Below, piece by piece: positions 25,989 through 40,385 of a stretch of 64,000 nt of DNA. The translations under genes and the position numbers were made by a program. The first letter of the stretch is position 1; every line of letters begins with the position of its first letter. Below the pieces are notes generated by a model. That model ran no database searches. It worked only from the letters and a program-made list of their open reading frames with translations, and was not told where the DNA came from. The stretch comes from Callorhinchus milii (taxonomy: Eukaryota): NCBI RefSeq assembly GCF_018977255.1, contig NW_024704743.1, positions 103,976,001 through 104,040,000 on the forward strand. The letters are read 5' to 3'.

Positions 25989-27116
25989 CTGTTAGGAGTT
26001 TGAAGAAAAAAGAACATTTTAAAGTCTTGAGCAAAATACAGGCTTCAAATTGAAAAGTTCACACATTGTGCAAGTGCATTTTTCTATCTATTTCTGATGT
26101 CTAATAATGCTTTTAGTTTTAATGTTTGTGTGCACATCATCACCTATCATTACAGGTTATAATACAACCACTAATGTACAACCATAAGGCCAATCCCATC
26201 TGGCTGAAAAACAGCCAACGTCAACATAATTACTGCAGGACACTCAAGCAGAACAATGCCCTTTGACCACCTCTGATTCTACACTAATCACGAGAATGGC
26301 TGGTTGAAAAAAAAGACAGAAGTGTACCAAATGGGTGCTATTCTTCTGCTTTACCAATCGTATATGTAAAGCTGGCAGAGTATAACTTGTAGGATCCCAC
26401 TCATTTAGAGAGGGATTGGGATCTCAAAATTACAGGTTTAATGACCCTTCACACGTGAGCTACCTTTTTCCTGAACTGGTTGCTCACTCAGGTTAACCTA
26501 GGTAAATACATAAATGTTGGCAGTCCATTAACCCCAAGCTTAAGTTTCAAACCCCACATTGAATCTATCCCCAAGACTACACTGAGCCACCATGACCAAT
26601 ATCCAGTCTATAGAGTTCAAGTGCTTCACGTACTAACCCGACGTTCAAACTCAAAACGCCATTTTCAGCAAACAAAGGGAAGAAAATATTCCAGATTACT
26701 GCTTGAAAGTACTTCAACAGCAGTTGAATGAACCTCAGGGAGGGTGGCAAAGAGTATGGAACAGTTGTTTGTTAATCTGTTAAATAGCCAGCCAATACTC
26801 ATTGTCTGTATTTGTACATTAACAATCGGTTAACTGGAGAGGTCATTGACATCAGGAGTGGGGAAATAAGAGGAAATTGTCAAAACAATTATCTAAGAGC
26901 TCCCCTGATGGCTCAATGGATAAAATACACCATGGGATCCACTACTGATCAGGAATATGTTGTTTTTGATGCCTCTTGTGGGCCACATTCGCTGAACTCA
27001 GGAACAGAAGAAAACTAAAATTTAAACTGATGAGATGCATTTAGCAACTGGATCCTATATGAAACACATATATACAGCTTCTACATATATACTTCTTTTT
27101 TCTTTTAATCTCTAAC

Positions 27117-27249
27117 CTGCGACAAGGAGAGTTTCAAGCCTTGGTGGTGGCTGAGGTGGTTTGAATAACTTGCTCATATCCTCCTCTGGTAGTGATGGTT
27201 CTCCGCGGCTTTGTCTCTGGGTATTCTCCAGTTGGCGCCTGTGCAGATA
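27117..27249 (-). CDS. EIF3H: EIF3H exon 7, 133 nt
   Basis: ttgcag|TAT CTG CAC...GCA G|gttaga; encodes [44 protein letters not shown](G). Confidence 0.96.
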
Positions 27250-29338
27250 CTGCAAAGAAAGATCAGCATTTAAAATACCCCAAGAGTCTGTCATTAAATA
27301 ACGTTGTGTACCAATCCTGCTGACAATAGTCATGTGGTAGATATTTAACTTTTCCTAAGTTTATGTTTGAGAAAATGTCTTACAAGTGCACCATGTGCGT
27401 AGCTCTAAATCATACAGATTATTGGTCTGTGCTGGGTTAGCTGATCACAACCAGGGCAGATGTGAAGACAATTGGCATTCATGTCCCAGGCTTGCAAATA
27501 AAATCCGACAGGGCCACATTCCTGATCAATATCCAGAGACACTGGCTGGAAAATGTATGCCTTTGAAAAACAGCCAAGAGCAGAATAGGATGAGGCTGTG
27601 ATTTCTTTCACATACACACACACACACTGCATTGCCTGTGGTCTGCATGGTCTTACACATAAAGAATGACATTTGAGTGCCTGCTGCAGGACCATATCCC
27701 AGCATAAGTTACCGCTTTCAGATAAGGAGAAGAGGAACAAGAAGTTTTTTTTGTGTTTGTTTTGTACTCACTCAGGTTAAACTTGGTAAATACAGCCAGT
27801 TGTCTGACACATGTGGCAACTCATCACCATGCTTAAGAGTATCCAAGCCAAACAGAGTTCCATAAATCACATCTATTGATGGAAATTCCCCAAGACATTT
27901 ACTGGAATGAAATGTACACTCTCCCTGGAGGGACTCATCCTGCTGACTGAATTCTGAACAGTATTAGGCGCAGGTTGGCAAGAGCCAAGGCTTGGGGACC
28001 CCAGAGTGTGTTGGGGTATTGCCGGAGTCTAACCAGCTACAACAACATAGCCATTGAAAGAATCGTCTGGCAAGCTTTCCTGCTGTTTTTCCAGCTAGGA
28101 CCACCCTATCCATTAGGGCTTTGGCTTGCAGGTTAATGGGAGCAGAGTGACTGGTCTGTTTTTCCAAATCCTGCCGATGAGCCAGGCTTGATTTGGACCT
28201 ATCTCGCTCAGGAACTTGACTAGTTTTTTTTCTTAGGTTAGCATAACTGATGAAAGAAATGAATCGAAAAAACAAAAACGCTAGTTCACTAGGACACCAG
28301 AAGAAACTCCCTTTTCTTTTTCAATAGTGCCATGTTATAGTGCCTCAGTTTAACGTCTCATCTGAAAGACAGCACCTCTGGCAATGCAGCACACCGCCAG
28401 TACTGCACTGGAGTGTCAATTTAGGCTATGTGGCTATACAAGTCCCTATGTGGATCTTGACCCTACAGCCTTCTGACTCAAAGGCGAGAGTGCTACCAAC
28501 TGAACCAGGCTGACACACAATGTGGGATGATGTTACGATTCGATTCCCCTTCCCTCAATTTTCACAAAAGCAAATTTGAAAATACTGCACCAGGTTTGTA
28601 TTGCCACCTGCCAGTAACAGATGTTATATATTAGTGAAATAAGATTTTATTCAAGTCACAGTAATCTTTCATTAATTGTGGAAGTCCTGCTTCTAAAGTG
28701 AAACCGATCCATTGGTATTGTGGAAATGCTAAGAACTAAATCATTCCTCTGATGATCTGTGGTCAGGACCAAGTATTTCACAATAGACCGGCATTTTTTC
28801 CAGATTAAGTTCAGAGGAGAAAAATCTATTGCAATTTTAGATTTCATACCATCATTAAGGGCTGAAAAATATATTATTTTGCCAGCTCACCATAACATAT
28901 CAATTTTACAACTAAAGTGAGATACCGAGCATGAATGTTTTTCTTTTTAATACGCAAAAAATAGCGAAGGACATTGAAGATGCCACGATATTTATAAAAC
29001 ATCAACAACTTTAAAATTGCTGCCAAGCACTTCAACGGTGACTCAGCACAGTTAGGGATGCCAACTGTTCCTGGGATTGGGAAACAGACCACAATGACTA
29101 GAAAACTCGAAAAACAACAAGAAAAGCAAATGGAAGAATTCAAAGTACGCCAGTAAAAAGGAAAGTTTTTTAAAGAAAACGTTATACTTGCAAAGTCAAG
29201 GATATGATTCACCTCCCCTCTCAGACTGTTAAAAGAATCATCACCATATGGTATCATCAATGATCATTATATAGTTTGTGCCAAACTAATATAAAGTGAA
29301 ACCACCAGAGTTCCTTATCCAGTTTTGATTATACATAC

Positions 29339-29459
29339 TTGTTGCTTCTGTTGCTGCTGTTTGGTCAGATTTCTCATGTAAGTGTTGTATTTAATGATAT
29401 CTTGGCTCATTTCATCCACTCGGTCCATTAAGAGCTGGAGGTTCTTCTCCAGGTGGTTT
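29339..29459 (-). CDS. EIF3H: EIF3H exon 6, 121 nt
   Basis: ttttccag|A AAC CAC...CAA CAA|gtatgt; encodes [40 protein letters not shown]. Confidence 0.97.
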
Positions 29460-29839
29460 CTGGAAAACAAAACATAATGCTATTTGAGGAAAAGTACAAC
29501 CCAATAATGAGTTATATATTTGCAGTATGATACAATTCTATTTTGGGGAGATTATGCATACAGCAAAATAAAAAGATGGCAGAAATCAAAGGCATGTTAT
29601 AAAGAACTAAAAGGTGCAATATCTAGAATTATTCTTGTTCCAAAGCAACGGCAAACAAGTAACCAATTAAAAATGAAAATACATAAGAGTAAGGTATGTA
29701 AAAAAAAACTTGGAACTAGACTTAAAATATTGCATCCTTTAAAAAGGTTATATGAATGCCTTTCACAAATAGAACATAATCATTTTAAAGAATACAAAAA
29801 ACAATAAGAGAGTGCATTTCTCACTTAGCGATCACTCCG

Positions 29840-30492
29840 GGGGCATAGGCCTGCTCCATGTCCCCTGCCCTGCCTGCCCCTCATTGCCAGTCAGACATTC
29901 AGCCCTTTTGCCCCTCCCTCTGAAACTCCATTCCGGAATTACTCTGCCTCGCCCCTCCCTTGCCTCCTTCAAGGCCCATCTCAAGATTGTGTTCTTTGCC
30001 TTCAGTCACCCACCCATTCCCCCACTCATATTGATTCCAATCCCCATCTTGGATGCAAATCCTTGACTGTCAAGGTTGAGCATCGCGAGAGCAGCTGGCC
30101 AGCTTTCTATATGGATACACAACATGGATGATCCCGTGACATTGTCGGCAATGCCATAAACCCAGAAACTGCGTTAAACTTAAGAGTTCAAAATCCTCAT
30201 CCTCGTCTTCAAGGACTTCCATGGCCTTTCTCCTTTCTACCTGCTAACCCCTTTATCAACCAGTTCGCTTCAGCCTGCTCCACCTCCCCCGCCCAGTCCA
30301 CCCCATCATCAGTGGGCAGGCCTTCAGCCTCCCTCCCTTGCCTCCTTCAAGGCATGTCTCAAGGTCCTCCTCTTCAACCATGTCTTCGATCATCCTCCTC
30401 CGCCCCCTCCCCTGCTCGGCTCCAAATTCCTGACTGTCCAGTGCCTTGGGATGTCCTCTCAATGTGAAAGTCATTGTACAAAAGTAATTTTG
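29840..30492 (+). mobile_element. Two decayed L2 3' fragments in EIF3H intron 5
   Basis: SLASFKAHLK-type ends at ~29960 and ~30340, with L2 tail remnants. Confidence 0.75.
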
Positions 30493-33400
30493 TAGTGTAT
30501 CATAAACATTGACTGTTCTGGGCCCTTGTTTAGGAAGCAGTCTAAATTTTCTTGATCCCAACAACCATTATAGAGGTGTACCTCTGAAATTAACTGGAGC
30601 AAGATGTTATCCACACATCTCCAAGCCTTCAACAAAATGAAGGTGTTTCAATTTGCCAGCATTATGAAACACCTGATCAATGGGTGTTTTTCTTTGCTGT
30701 TCCGACAGGTTGCATGCCACTAGTCTTTTTATATTATCCATTTACAGCTAACACAAATCTTCGGGTTGTTTTATGAGGGAAAAACTAGTTGAATACTTCA
30801 AGGCAACACATGGGATAGGGCTGTCAGCTGCTACGGAATTACAGATGGTCAAACAGAAATCTAAAAACAAGGTCTTAATTGGCAGGAAAAGGGCACTATT
30901 TTCCTGAGAAAAATATCCTGCCTAATTTAAAGAGATTGATAGCTCCAATTTTTTTTATTACAACTAGATCGCAATTAATGGACATTTCCTGAGGGAGTAG
31001 CTATTACTCAGGTACTACACAAATCATATATGGATTCTGAACAGAGTTTGAGAAACAGCTGCTCCTAACAGGATGCGCCTTGTGCCAATGGAGTGCGTGT
31101 CATGTGTGTGCTTGCCATCAGCAAAGTAAGTACATGTGAAAATTGAGGAGTGATTGACCTTTAGTAGAATCTTAAGAGCATAAAAGTGAAGTATTTCTTT
31201 TGTAGCTTAAAGATCCAGTCTTTAAGTACAACATATTCAAACTCTACAAATCTTCTGAACCCAATTTGAACTTGTTATGACTTAAAAGCACTTTTCTAAA
31301 TAAGAATTGTGTTTAAACCTTACAAAACTGATGTTTTTTCTACTGTGACAATGGTGCTGAAGAAGGGCATTGAATGGAGACTAGACATGTCTCCAAACAA
31401 GAGAGGAAAAGTAAGATGAGTCAATTTGGCTGCTCTCACTCACATCCTCTTGTTAGTTATGTAGCATTTGCAGAGTCTTGGACATAGTCACTCTCTGTTT
31501 AGCCACTTTGTAGTGGGGGAGAGGGGAGGTGACAGAAGAGAATAAATGGCTAAATAAATAAAAGATAAAATGAACCGACTTTTCTAGCACTTTAGCTGGC
31601 CTGACAATCTGCGTTTTTCTGCAGGATCTGAATTCTGTATTTTTTTTAAATGTGAACTTAAACATTTAAAAAAGATGTGAAAGAGAAATATCTTCAGGTA
31701 GTCATGTAAAACAGAAACCCCAATTTAATAATCTGCATATGGTCATATAATCTTAACACAGGAAAAGCCAAAACTACACTGGCATTAGAAAAAGTTAGTC
31801 AAGGTAAATGTGTAATACAGTTGTAAGAGGCATCTCCACTGCTTGAGCAACTATGTTTAGTTCTGCGACCAGGAGGAATAATTGGGAATACTGCCCATGA
31901 TTGAAGAGGGTATTTTGTTCAATCCCCCCACCCCCCTCACGTTTCTCATTTGGTGACTAACCACCAGGCTATGGCTCCAAAATAAGAAAAAATCCTGGCC
32001 AAATTAAGTCTGTCCTTTTTCATTGACATCAAATTAAAAAGGATTAAAGTTCACATTTAAAAAGGACACAGACCTCGGAGATGTTGAGAAACATACAGGA
32101 AAAACTGCTGGCATTGGTTTGAACTATCGAACTTAAACTGAAAAGGGCGTTTTACAGGGCCCAACACATGTTCTGTGTGATCAGAAGCCAATGTTACAGT
32201 TATCTAGTATGAAGAATGAGTGATTGATTTAGGATATCCCACCAGGATAATGAGATGAGTTAACTTTACTCAATAATTCCACACCACCAGTAATTACTTG
32301 AGAGCAATAACCAGTAAGGTTTAAGTAAAACGCACTGTTACAAAACTGGGTTTTTCTTCAATAGAAAAGTGACAGCGGCAGCTAGAATTGCAAAAGAATA
32401 AACTCAAATTAAGATTGAAGACAAAGGCCAAATAATCAGCTGCACACTACACCAAGTATTACTGCAAACAGTGGGAAGAATAGTAACACGAGCAGGTGCT
32501 AGGAGAAAATTTAATAACCCAAATCAGATTTAATTTGGACTGAATTCACTAAACTGCTTCATTTAACAGTGTGCATCTTAATTCACTTACAAATTTGCTC
32601 ACGAATGCAGCAGCAATTAAGGAATGCATTTGATTGCTAACTATTCCTTTCACATCAGGAGACGGCCCAAACTGAAATTAACATGCCGTTCATGTCTGCT
32701 GTATCTGGTGAAGAGGGCTAGTTATGTAGTAAATGATGCATGGGTAATATCAAATAAGATCTAATGATAGTTGGACTTCAGGCTTTCCTGTGTTAACAGA
32801 TTAACTCATTCTGTTTAGATGGATTACTTGTGAATCACAGATTCAAGACTGTGATAAAAAAAAACAAGCAAGGAGAGAGAAAGAGGGAGGTTATCAGTTT
32901 GTAACGTTCTGGTTTATACAGTTTGCTGATGTGGATTTATATCTTAGCACCTTGGGATATCCTTCTGACATGAAAGACACTATATAAATGCAACTTATTG
33001 TCGTTGTTATACATCTTGCACTAAGACAACAGTGTTCACATAGAACGACTGAATCAATCAAAGTACTGCAGGTTATAGAATTCCTGCACATGTATTCTTT
33101 TCAACCGAAATGAATGCAGATCCATGGAACATGGACATTCCTTTTACACTGAAAACTGAGCACAATTCTAAACTTAGCACCTTATGATCTCTGAAGGAAT
33201 ATCAAAATGTAGTTGCAGTGAATATGTTCTGACAGTTTCCTGCAAGTCCAGTTGCTTTGCTCCTCCTGGAACCAGTGCATAAGGGATGTTCAGGCTTCAT
33301 ACTGCAAATTAAAGTTGATCATTTCAACATGGACACTTTTCTTAAGCCTGGCGGTTTGCGACTGTATCTCGTGAAACTGGCAGGATTCAGTTTGCGGCTG

Positions 33401-34645
33401 AAAATGGTTTCGACAATAAAAAGAAACTAACAGAAACTTTAGTTGCATTTTTAAAAGAGAGACACCTGATGCTTTATCTTGACTTTAACTGAGATGGTTA
33501 AATAGAACAAAGTCATGCTATGAACAGGCTGCACTGGAGTGCTGTGGGATTTCATTTGGACTCATAGACTGGGAGATGTGCACCTAGACATGAAACTATC
33601 TATACTTGCTCAATTTCATACACATATATATATGTTCCAAATTAATCACTATACTTTAGACTGTGGCACAAATGTAACTAGAAAATAACCTTTTTTGTAT
33701 GTCAGCTTTCTTATATATATTTCTTATATCCTCACAAATGCACAAATGTACAGCTCAACACAAATAATTTTTGATGCCATCCATACTTTTCTCCCACCTG
33801 ATACAATAGAAAATTGGGAGTATAAAACCCAGCAATTTCAAACGGGAATCAATTAAGGAATCCTTACAATAATTGGATGTAATAATCATAATCCTTGCAT
33901 TTGATATCGCACCTTATCACGTTGTTGAGACGTCTCAAAGTGTTTCACAGGATCTACTGTAAAGTGGAATGAATGTATATTTTGTGGGTGAAACGCGACA
34001 GCTCATTGCGCACACCAATGTCCCACAAACAGCCATGGAGCGAGTCCACGCTGCATACATGTGAAAACTCTGTTCTGAAATTAGTTTGCATTGGAGGATG
34101 TCCCTACAAATTGCAGGTGAGTGGTCAGTTGGGGGGAGGGGAGTTGCCTTCTGGTTTCCTTAAGTGGCTTCCTTGAAATTTCCACATTTCAGAGGAGAAA
34201 TCCACCAATGATTACACTCCTGGTTATTACCTTCGCTGGAAAGTGTGCATGTGTGGACTTTGGCTAAAGACAGAATTGGGTTCAGCTGCAACTCATGCCC
34301 TCTGCCTTCCCCTCGACTAGGCAGTCAAATAATCTGCCAGCAATCACCTATCCAGGTTCTGAAAAATGGCCCATTTGGATGAGATACTTAAGGGAGACCA
34401 GTGCCAGTGGCACTCGTCACGAGCAGGAACAGATGTCTCCAGAGGAGAGGAGAAAATTGGAGCAGAGCAAGATGAATTAATTTCTAGTTAGAATACAAGC
34501 CAAACGAGCCAAAGGCAACTGCTATCAACATTGCTGCTCCTGGCAACAATAAAGCTGCTCTTACAAAGCAATTTAAAAAAAGAATAAACGCTACATCCTA
34601 GCAGCTAATCTTCAAATGTAACTAGATTAGGGAAGTGCCACTTAC

Positions 34646-34795
34646 CCACTAGCTAGATTGAGGAGCTCCTGTTTCTCAGCCACGCTAGATTTTTCCTCCA
34701 GTTCCCACATCAGCACGTTGACAAGGTGAGAATTCTTGATAATGATGGGCACTTCTTCAAACATGTTCTCAGAGGTAATGAGTGCCTTCTTTATT
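34646..34795 (-). CDS. EIF3H: EIF3H exon 5, 150 nt
   Basis: aacag|A ATA AAG...AGT GG|gtaagt; encodes [49 protein letters not shown](G). Confidence 0.96.
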
Positions 34796-37700
34796 CTGTT
34801 TGTTAAGTAAAGCAACAAGATGGGAATGAGATAATATTGGGCATGTCTTCAAATCTGCTCTCAGAGATGCATAATGCCATTCTTTGTTACGTTTATTGAA
34901 AACGTTTACAGGCTTCACCCTTACTCTAACATCTTAGTGGTTTAAGAAAAGTATGCATCAAAGATTTTGTATTAACAACATCTGTTTCAATTTTGGCCTG
35001 TATGTCACTTTCCCTCAAACTGTTCTACCTGCAAAATACAATTTGACTGAAGAATGACAGATGGTAGTTTGAGCACAATCCCCTTCAGCATATTTGAATT
35101 CTAAACATCAGACAAACTAGTGGGAAGAACAACGTTTCTTTCATAGTTCTAAGCAGTATTATTGAGGATGGATTGTGCAGGATTCTCTCTGTTGAAAGAA
35201 GTTGATAGCTTTTTGGCAAATAATTCAGTTCAGGGATATAAGATGGTCGTGTAGGATTTTTAAACAATTGGGAGCAACCAGACAGACTGTAATGAACGGT
35301 CTTTTCCAGCCCCTCCATTTTTATGATAGAAACAAGCAGGATTTCCCAAAAGCTAAAAGGAAAAAAAATATATACTGTTAACAAACAGCGGGGGCAATAC
35401 ACAATCAGCGAGCAAACAAAACGTATTCATTGGGGTTCACATTTCAATTAAATCTAAACTACTTCCTACTTCCACATCAATTCTTATATGCTTCACAAAA
35501 GATGAAGCCAATTGACAAGCAAGTTCATTTGATAATTGGTGCAAGTCAGAAGGCATCCTCCAGCTTATTTTGGTAAGGTGTATCCTAATTCTGAGAATAC
35601 TAATTGACTTTTCAGTTTTCAGATTTTTATGAACACTAAATAGAAAAGTTTTTAAGCTATTGATTTTTTTTAAAAAGGATTCTTTACCCACAAAAAATAG
35701 CTGTCGACCCAATGATTTTTTTGTTTCTGTCTGGCAGATAATCAATTTACAGATCAATGAACACCACACACTAGAAATAGTCTTGTTATGGACACATTAC
35801 AAATCTAAAAAACAAAATGAAATTAAAGTCTCCTTTCTTTGATAGTTATAGAAGACCTACAGGAGTTTGCTGAGGCTCAATCCACATTCTAGTAAGAGCA
35901 AACTCTCAGTACAAAACTGGCAATAATTTGGCATAAATCTCAGGAAATTCACATGCAATTATAAGACCAAGCTTAAATATGCCATTTCAGAATGAAACAG
36001 CCTGCAGATACATAGCTTGGGCTCATACACAAAGAACAGCAACAACAATTTGCATTTTTATAACGCCTATTATGTGGGGTAGAGTCTCGGAACTCAAAAA
36101 TAGTTTCATCCACCTAAGTATATAACTCATGTGATTAGATTTCAGAAACACCCCTAGCTCATTTCAAATACTGAACTGTGTGAGTTCTGTAGTAAGATTT
36201 ATGTGCATGCACGCAACGTTGGTCCACAATCTAACAGTCAACGTATTCAGGTCCTCACAGAACAAAGCACACAAGTCTGCTTGGTGTTGAACTGAGCAGT
36301 ACCAATGTTCATACACTAGAGGCCCCATGTGGGCTATGTTAATATTGAAGTTCCCTCTAGTGGCAAGCAATAGGTATTGGTACACTTCAATGATGAGGAC
36401 AGTAAATTTATTGTCCACTCAATCCTCTTCCCCTTCACTCAAAATAAAAGATTTAAAGATCATTTCAGTACTTGACCCTACATGCTTTTCTCTTATAATA
36501 AACTTGCCTAAATAGATTATTGTTTGTTTGGAAGTATGTAAGACATGTATTTGGGTGCTACAATAAGATCACTTCCGCACAAATTTGTGCAGATTTTGCA
36601 TGCGGCCTGAAATCTTCAGTAATTGCTATAAGTCCTCATTACATCAGTCTAACTATACGCATCTTATCCCAGAAGACTTACCTATTCGACTGTGTCTATG
36701 GTTATCCCCCACCCCGCCTCTTTCTTATTAGGTGTTCAACTTCGTCTCTGCATTGCGCTGAGATGAAGAGTACTATACAAAAATATCAGATGTTGCTAAC
36801 TATCTTGTTGGCTCACATTCCATTTGAGTTATGCCATTAATTGTACTTTAGCAATTACAGGAGAAGCAACTGCACCTTCGTAAGATGGGAAGTCGAACCA
36901 CCTTCCCCTTCCACCTCCCACCATCCCACACCCCATCTTTTTGGGGAGGCTATCCTTATCGTAATGTCCTTCCCCTCAAATTTTAAGGTTATTTTTTGGA
37001 TTAAGATCTTTGATAGAGAAAGCCAGTAATTGGTACTATTGCCATAATATCTAATGTGTGGATGTTTGCCTAAATCTGAAATGTATTCAGATTTGGTACA
37101 TGTAGACATAGTTGTCTTTGGCCAGTTCTTTAGCTGAAACTTGTACTTGATGCACCTTAGAATACTTTCTCTACAGTGATTTCCTGTTCACCTGCATTAC
37201 CGTTGCACAAATATTCAAGGTCACAGCAACTCCACTTTTAATTTGGAAGAATTATATCTGTTTTGTGCAAACATTTAACCTTACAAGCTGTGCACAATAT
37301 TCTTTTCAACATTTTTTTTAATTGGAAAGATTTTCCTAACAAAATGCAATGATTTTTCTTAATATATAGTTCTAGAAGGTCAAATAATACCTCAAGAGTG
37401 ATTTGTACAATTTATTTTACTCTGACAAGCTTTTTATAGATGAACATTTCCTTGACTCGTAAAATAGCAATTAAAAGTATAATTATTTAAAATATGTATG
37501 TGCTCATCCTTCCTGTGCGGGTTGAGTCAGCATATTTTTTTAGTACAACAGCAATCATTTCATTCAGCTTCAAATAGAACTTGCCTCTTTTTACACTTTT
37601 TAATCACATCCAAATATCTCAAAAAACCTTCACAAGTAATTGGTGTCAAGCGTACCGACTATTTTTGTAGACACAGGCAAATGGGTCATTATGCAACAGT

Positions 37701-38974
37701 GATAACCGATTAATCGGAGGACTGTTACCCAGGAGAAGCTCCCTTTTTTCTAATTATGCAATGGAATCTTGAACAAGCAGACTGGACTTCAGTTTCATGG
37801 TTCATCTAACAAGACAGCTCCTTCCACACAGCACTGCCTCCCCCAGTACTGAACTGGAACATCAATCTGGAATATGACCTCAGATTCCGACATGGGACTA
37901 AGACCACACCGTCTGACCTGGAGGCAAAAGGTGCTTCCAACTAAGCATGATGATGGGTTTCCACATGTGTCAGACACCTGGCTGACCAAAAAAANTGAAT
38001 TGATATTTAGAGTACTACATCTTTTTAAAATGTTGGGACTGGTTAGATTGTGTACATCCCAGTGCCCCTGATTGAATTACATGCTTGTGACTTTAAAACG
38101 TTGCTCATATTTAGACTTAAATTTATACCTTAATCAATTGTCCCTGGCTGATCTATTACAGAAACCAATTCCAATCTTCTCTTGAAATGGCTGTAAGCTA
38201 CAGCTTTGTAATTCAGAGATAACCATTTTGATGTTATAACGCGACTAAACGTTCAGAAATAAGCCGGTCCATGCTTATGCTTAATGAGGGAAGGTAAAAA
38301 GCATTGCCATGCTTAAACTAAAGAGTAAATTAGGCTGTTTCAGGAAAAAATCAGTCAGTAGAACTTGGGTAAACTCAAGCAGCATATCTGAGTCTGTGAA
38401 ATACTGCTTTGTGATGTAAATAGATGTGCAACATCCTTCAGTTTAGTCAGGCTTAACCACAATGATTTTGTTAAAGGAAAATACATCTCATTTGTGGAAC
38501 TTGGGAATAAAAGGGGGATTTCTATGTGCACTGATGCAATGTTGGTTTGAACATAGCTGCCTAATCCTTTTGATTATGAAACTGCAAAAGCCACAAACAG
38601 GAATGTTTAATAAAATATATAAAACATGGACATTTTCTGACAATTTTATTCATAGGTGTGATACGCTTTTGAATATAAATTCATCCAGTACATTCTTTGA
38701 TTGACTTAACAGATGGGTTCCAACTGAGTGCACGCAAATAGCAATGGACATTCCTATTCAGGTTCCACACACCAAACCTGGTGAAATACAGTGAAACAAT
38801 TGGATAGAAATATTGTTCTTTGTAGACAAGCAATTTGGAATGATCTGTGTTAAACAGCCTCCAATATCAGCTTTCAGAGAAAATACATTTCGGACAATTT
38901 GTATTCAGTTTGGTCTAAATTTTGGATCTGGAAATGTATTTTAAAAATGACTATTGTATTCTGGACAAACATAC

Positions 38975-39074
38975 CCTTCAGGAGTGAAATCCTTCTCTTT
39001 ACAAACTTCCATCAATTTGGGGGTCAATCTGTATGCCTTCAGTGAAAGAGAGCCGTGAGCTGTTTTAATAGGAT
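38975..39074 (-). CDS. EIF3H: EIF3H exon 4, 100 nt
   Basis: ttcag|AT CCT ATT...GAA GG|gtatgt; encodes (D)[32 protein letters not shown](G). Phase matches exons 3 and 5. Confidence 0.97.
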
Positions 39075-39782
39075 CTGAAATGATTGAATAGAGAAAATAA
39101 TCAAAGTGAATTCTTAAAAACACAAATTCAGCAGTACTATGTCGAAAACATTCATTTAATCAAGATGTTGCTATTTTACTTCTGAGGGGTTACTCTAGCA
39201 ACAGTCACATCAGTTCTTCAATACAGTCAGCATTGGGGAGATGCATGCAACAACAACTTGCATTTATATAACGCCCTTTACTCGGAGTAGTGTTCTGGAG
39301 CACTTCACAGGGGCGGAGACTGACAACGAGCCTTAGGGAGGGGAGAGGTGACTGTAAGCACGATCAATGTAAGCATGCCTCCACTTTTAGAGAGATATGA
39401 CAAATACATATGAACACTCCCCTCATAAAAACAAAACAAGATGATACTATGGAGGATAAACCATTTACAGGTGCAGTATTTGAAGGCACTCCTGAATTGG
39501 AGTTGCACAGAATGACCTGCACAGCTTGGAGAACATATTGAAAGAATGCCAGGAGGCTGTCTCAATGGACCTGCAATTGTAAAGGTGACACATCATACTT
39601 GATGCAGGAAAGCAATAATAAGACAAGATTAGAAGATGCATTTGAATCTACATTGAGAACGGCTCCCTAAACTAATGGCAGTCTACTTTGGATTTGGATA
39701 CTATTGGCTTTTTAATGGCAATATCTATCTGGGTTACTGCCTTCAGTGACTTGTCAATCTGTACACCTAGACCGTCTGATCT

Positions 39783-40124
39783 TAATAATAATCCTTGCAT
39801 TTGATATCGCGCCTTACCACATCTTTGAGATATCTCAAAGCGCTTCACAGAATATACTGTAAAGTGAATTGATTGTATATTTTGTGGGCAAAACATGGCA
39901 GCCAATTGCGCACAGCAGTGTCCCACAAACAGTCGTGGACTGAGTGACCAAATGATTACTTATTACCCCCGGAAATGCGATCCACCAATCGACTAATAAC
40001 CAGATTTCTACTTACTGACAGGTAAACAGAGGCATATGGAGTAAGAAAACTTGCCTAACATTTCACTGTGCTCAGGAATTAAACCCAGGTCCTCTTGCTT
40101 GCGACCACTAAGCTACAGAACTCC
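39783..40124 (-). mobile_element. tRNA-SINE, long subfamily
   Basis: Colinear with 1163-1518, with a small deletion in the head. Confidence 0.88.
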
Positions 40125-40385
40125 ACCCATCTCTAGGACTTCCAGCTCTTTAAGATTTGCTCCCTTTAAATGATAAGATTCTTCCTATGCTTTTCCTCTC
40201 AAAATGAATTACCTCACACTTTTTTCCCCATTGTTTTCCATCTGCCACTTGTCTGCCCATTCAGCCATCCTATCAATATCTTCCTGTATTTTATTTTGAT
40301 GCTCCTTAGTATTTTCTTGGAACTCAGTCCTGTTTGGACACTTTTAAGCAAGGTGATGGATTTCAAGCTACCGGCTTTCAAGTTA

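Noticed and set aside
31453..31665. Minus-strand ORF as an alternative EIF3H last exon
   Set aside because: No similarity to eIF3h and no supporting splice context. The true terminal exon is at 25891-25988.
37995..37995. Single N base after an A run
   Set aside because: An assembly ambiguity, not a biological feature.
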